The notes under the pieces are model-generated. The model was not told the origin of the DNA and made no database searches. It saw only the letters and a list, made by a program, of their open reading frames with translations. A program made the position numbers and the translations under genes. Shown here one piece after another: positions 60,611 through 64,000 of a stretch of DNA of 64,000 nucleotides; the first letter of the stretch is position 1; every line of letters starts with the position of its first letter. Source of the stretch: an uncultured Candidatus Entotheonella sp. (GTDB lineage: Bacteria > Tectomicrobia > Entotheonellia > Entotheonellales > Entotheonellaceae); the NCBI GenBank assembly GCA_965215335.1, contig CBDCDA010000002.1, positions 800,001-864,000 on the forward strand, written 5' to 3'.

Positions 60611-61957
60611 TCACGCTTCACGGCCACCCTGGTGTCTTGGCATGTTGGCGGCGGCATCGGGCAGGTCGTTTTCCAGTTCGCGCAGCAACCCGTCAACCAG
60701 CGCCACGTCCTGCAGGTGAAGAAAGTCCCGATAGCCCGGGGCGGTTGGCGAGGCGAGTTCTGAAAGGAACCGGGCATGGGGTTGCAGCAGGCCGGTCAGC
60801 AGTTGCTGCCCCAGGCCCGGCAAGGCTCTGCGCGCGCCCGGCGCGCGATTCAGGTGGGTCTGCAGGCGATTGGCGCGTTGGCGCAAGCCGACGATGAGGG
60901 TGATTCCGGTTTGGCAGATGGTCTGCAGCGAATGCTCGCGCAGCAGCGCTTCGGGCGGCTGCGCATGGCGGCTGCGGAGGTAGTCGAGGCCAAGATTCAC
61001 GTATGCGTGGACACGCCGCAAGCTGGCCTTGAGCGCCGCGGCATCGGCGAAATCGACCTGATCGACGACAAGTTCGCGGTTGCATAAAGCCACCATCTCC
61101 CAGCACAGGCGGTCCAGGGTGTCGAGGGAGAAATGCCCGCCCAGGGCCCGGGCCAGCAAGGAGCCGTCCGGCGTCATGCTCCAGGCGTAACCCGGGACCA
61201 TTCCCGATTCTTCGGCGTTTGCGGGACGCCCTGGTGACTCGAAGCCTGCTGGCGCAAGGTGCGGGATGTCATCAACGATGCGATACGCTTCCAGGGCATC
61301 ATAATAATCGGGAAAGCCCTCGTCTTGCAGGCGACCGCTTTTCCAGCGATAGGCCCATTCCTCCAGCTCGCTTTCGAGGCCCCACATGATGCCCTGCATG
61401 AGGCCGTGATAGGCATCGAGGTCGGCCTGGCGCAGAAAGGCCAGCAGCCCCTGAAGGTGTTCGTTCCAGGGGCTGGCCGGGTCGATGAATTCCAGGCGAT
61501 ACAGTTCGTTCGACAACACCTCGTGGTAGGGCTCGGGTTCCTCTTCTTCCTCGACCGGCAGGGCGGCGTGCACCCGAACGTGCTGGCTGAAAGCGGTAAT
61601 CAACAACTCGTTGTCCAGAAGCGCCAAGGTACCCAGAAACGATTCCAGACCGCTTGCCCGCAAATCTTCAAGCCACTCCAACACGCGGGTGCCGCGCAAG
61701 TTCTGCTTGTGCCAGCAGTCGAGATCGAGCACCGTGCGATTCTGTTCCGGGTGCGCCATGGCAAGCAAGGCGGCGCGCGATTCCGGCGTTTCTTTCAACA
61801 GCACCGCGTATTCGACCGGGGGCAGCGCCTGAACCGCTGCAGTGCTGTCGGATGCTGCCAGCAGATCCTGAACGCGCTGTTTGACTTCGGCGGGGGAGAG
61901 ACGAGCCCAGAACGGCTGGGCGAGGAGGGCATGACGGTAGTGCTGTTCCGCTGGCAT
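60611..61957 (-). CDS. Conserved hypothetical protein (DUF6178-like)
   Basis: LDLDCW, ELEEWAYRWKSGRLQDEGFPDYYDAL, YVNLGL motifs; start uncertain. Confidence 0.6.
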   Translation of the reverse strand: MPAEQHYRHALLAQPFWARLSPAEVKQRVQDLLAASDSTAAVQALPPVEYAVLLKETPESRAALLAMAHPEQNRTVLDLDCWHKQNLRGTRVLEWLEDLRASGLESFLGTLALLDNELLITAFSQHVRVHAALPVEEEEEPEPYHEVLSNELYRLEFIDPASPWNEHLQGLLAFLRQADLDAYHGLMQGIMWGLESELEEWAYRWKSGRLQDEGFPDYYDALEAYRIVDDIPHLAPAGFESPGRPANAEESGMVPGYAWSMTPDGSLLARALGGHFSLDTLDRLCWEMVALCNRELVVDQVDFADAAALKASLRRVHAYVNLGLDYLRSRHAQPPEALLREHSLQTICQTGITLIVGLRQRANRLQTHLNRAPGARRALPGLGQQLLTGLLQPHARFLSELASPTAPGYRDFLHLQDVALVDGLLRELENDLPDAAANMPRHQGGREA

Positions 61958-62018
61958 AGCCTGTGGGCCTCGAATGGCTGAGTAGTACCGGGCAGGTGTG
62001 ATAACATCCCTGCGGCCA

Positions 62019-62318
62019 ATGGACAAAGATGCCCTCCGCCCAAAGCTAACCCTGGACACGGTCATGTCTTCACCGCCCCGCCGAGACGTGTTTGTCGTCG
62101 CCTTCCTGATTGCGGGGGTGTGCTTTCTGACGCTCGCCCCGTCCATGTACATCGCGTTCCACGCGCTGCGATGGGACAAGGCCTTGCAGGTCCTGGAGGC
62201 AGTCTTTCTGCCGGCACTCTTTATCGGTGGGCTGGGTGCCCTGCTCGCCTATCAACGCATCAGGGCTCGGCGGCAGGTTGCGGCGGAAAACGGCGTACCG
62301 CCGGAGCCTGACGACTGA
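62019..62318 (+). CDS. Small two-TM membrane protein
   Basis: Two hydrophobic helices; fills the gap between minus-strand genes. Confidence 0.6.
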   Translation: MDKDALRPKLTLDTVMSSPPRRDVFVVAFLIAGVCFLTLAPSMYIAFHALRWDKALQVLEAVFLPALFIGGLGALLAYQRIRARRQVAAENGVPPEPDD

Positions 62319-62324
62319 GCGATG

Positions 62325-62735
62325 TCAGCCGGGTTGCACCCAATGCGATTCGCCGTCAGCGAAGAATTCCTTTTTCCACACCGGCACTTCTTCCTTGACG
62401 CGATCCATGGCATACGCGCAGGCCTCGAAGGCGGGTTGACGGTGCGGCGCGGCGACCGCGATCAGGATGCTGCTTTCACCGATTTCCAGGCGTCCGATCC
62501 GGTGCACCATGGCAATGTCGCCCACCACGAACTTGCCCCGTACCTCCGTGGCGATTTCGGCCATCTTCTTCTCTGCCATGGGCGCGTAGGCTTCGTACGC
62601 CAGGCAGCGCACCTCTCGCCCATCGAAATTGTCGCGCACAATGCCGTCGAAGGTGACAACCGCGCCGTCGCCAGGGCTCTTGACGAGGCCATGAACCTGC
62701 TGCAGGTCTAGGGGTTCGGTCGTGACGCGGAACAT
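62325..62735 (-). CDS. moaE: Molybdopterin synthase catalytic subunit
   Basis: GAVVTFDGIVR, YEAY, HRIGRL, PVWKKE. Confidence 0.95.
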   Translation of the reverse strand: MFRVTTEPLDLQQVHGLVKSPGDGAVVTFDGIVRDNFDGREVRCLAYEAYAPMAEKKMAEIATEVRGKFVVGDIAMVHRIGRLEIGESSILIAVAAPHRQPAFEACAYAMDRVKEEVPVWKKEFFADGESHWVQPG

Positions 62736-62983
62736 CCGTATCCTCCACTCACGGGCGGGATGAGAACAACTTCGTCACCCTCGTGCAGGGTCGTTTCTGC
62801 TTCGACGAAGTCCATATCGAGAGAAAAGCGCAGATTGTCCAGATAAGGCTCCAGGGCAGGATGTCGATGCCGTATGGCCTCGACGGCCTGCTTCACGTCC
62901 GCCCCGGCGGGCAGGTCGAGAGACAGGCTGTCGGTACCGGCTTTTTCCCGTATCAGGGCGAATAATCTGACCGTAACATGCAT
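62708..62983 (-). CDS. moaD: Molybdopterin synthase sulfur carrier (C-terminal GG followed by 10 extra residues)
   Basis: VRLFA.IRE, GDEVVLIPPVSGG. Confidence 0.9.
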   Translation of the reverse strand: MHVTVRLFALIREKAGTDSLSLDLPAGADVKQAVEAIRHRHPALEPYLDNLRFSLDMDFVEAETTLHEGDEVVLIPPVSGGYGCSASRPNP

Positions 62984-63053
62984 GGAATTGTCTCCGGCGC
63001 GATTCTATCCAGCGCGCCGAATGATGTCAAAAGGACACCGCTGCACGCCGGCT

Positions 63054-64000
63054 TCAGAGCCAGGGGCGAAACTGCTTGCCGAGCTTCAGGGCCTGGCCTT
63101 GGTAGTGTGACGCCAGTCCCTCGCCGTACATCGTTTCCGGCGTTTCGGTGGTGCGTTCCAGGCAGAGCTTGCAGAAGAGTTGCCCGTCTTCGATGAGAAA
63201 CGGGACGTCGTGCGGTCGCACTTCCAGGACTGCCTTGGCGCCCTGGCGCGCGCCGCTGCTGCAGCCAAAGCCGGGATCGAAGAAGCCGGCATAGTGGGTC
63301 CGCAGTTCTCCCGAGCCGGCGTCGTACGCCATCAATTCGGCCGCATAATCCGGCGGCACGCGCACCTTTTCTTTGGATGCCAGGATATAGAACTCTTCCG
63401 GTTCCAGGATGAGCGGGCGTTGCGACACGCACCGAATCGGCTCCCAGAATTCCGCGGGATCATAGACGCCCACTTGCGCCAAGTCGATGATGTCGCTGTT
63501 TTTGCGTGCCTTGTAACCGATGACGTCGCCATCGTGGCCTGCCGTTTCCACCCCCATGAACAGCCCGCCGTCCAGATGCAGGGCGCTGAGCGGCAACGGT
63601 TGGTCGTCGTTGCCGTACAGCAGGGGTTCCGTCTGATACAGTCGGGCCACGTCGCCGTCATCCAGCGCGCCAGCGCCGCTGAACAGCCGCAGCTGGTTCA
63701 GTGACAGGCCGTGACGGACCTTGATGGTAAACGAGCGCGGAAAGATTTCCAGATAGAGCCGGCCGCGATAGCCGGGGGGTATGTCGTCAAAGCGCTGGTT
63801 GGCGTCGGTAATGACACGTGTGAACACGTCCAGTCGTCCGGTGGAGCTTTTCGGATTGGTCTTGGCGTACACGTGGTGCGGCAGGGTCAGTTCCTCGATC
63901 AGCGGTATGAGATAGACGTGGCCGCGTTCCAGGATGGCTGCTGGCGTGAGGGGCAATTCGTACATCGTCAGGTAGGCGAGTTTTTCGGCAACGGTCTCAT
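63054..64000 (-). CDS. dcd: dCTP deaminase, long form (5' partial)
   Basis: NPKSSTGRLDVFTR, ELRTHYAGFFDPGFG, VLEVRPH, YQGQALKL. Confidence 0.9.
   Translation of the reverse strand, partial: ETVAEKLAYLTMYELPLTPAAILERGHVYLIPLIEELTLPHHVYAKTNPKSSTGRLDVFTRVITDANQRFDDIPPGYRGRLYLEIFPRSFTIKVRHGLSLNQLRLFSGAGALDDGDVARLYQTEPLLYGNDDQPLPLSALHLDGGLFMGVETAGHDGDVIGYKARKNSDIIDLAQVGVYDPAEFWEPIRCVSQRPLILEPEEFYILASKEKVRVPPDYAAELMAYDAGSGELRTHYAGFFDPGFGCSSGARQGAKAVLEVRPHDVPFLIEDGQLFCKLCLERTTETPETMYGEGLASHYQGQALKLGKQFRPWL

Overview
High-GC bacterial chromosomal window with three layers. (1) Housekeeping genes: peptide/nickel-type ABC transporter (oppA-B-C at 1.7-7.6 kb, oppD-F at 55.6-58.9 kb), ppiD, the dprA-topA-trmFO-xerC-hslV-hslU-argB-argF-argG block, a ChlI-like ATPase, moaD/moaE and dcd. 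(2) Heavy IS infestation (IS701-like x2 plus a stub, IS5-family x5, IS66 x2, IS1182/IS5-like, IS630), with nested elements and debris of Fic, restriction-modification and AAA-ATPase genes. (3) The main find, at about 32-55.6 kb on the minus strand: a polyprenyl-phospho-pentose (DPA-like) glycosylation locus (HAD-UbiA, collapsed GtrA, DprE1, no DprE2) followed by a tandemly amplified array of GT-C-like membrane proteins. These proteins are built from interchangeable modules: two cores A and B, a two-cysteine extracellular domain X in six mosaic variants, and a 153-aa domain Y in five copies. The locus also has a focal hypervariable loop, a chimeric junction ORF, and two homopolymer tracts that are each one base out of frame. 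It looks like a recombination-diversified, possibly phase-variable surface glycosylation system. Assembly or homopolymer errors cannot be excluded without reads. Product calls come from motif recognition, not database searches.
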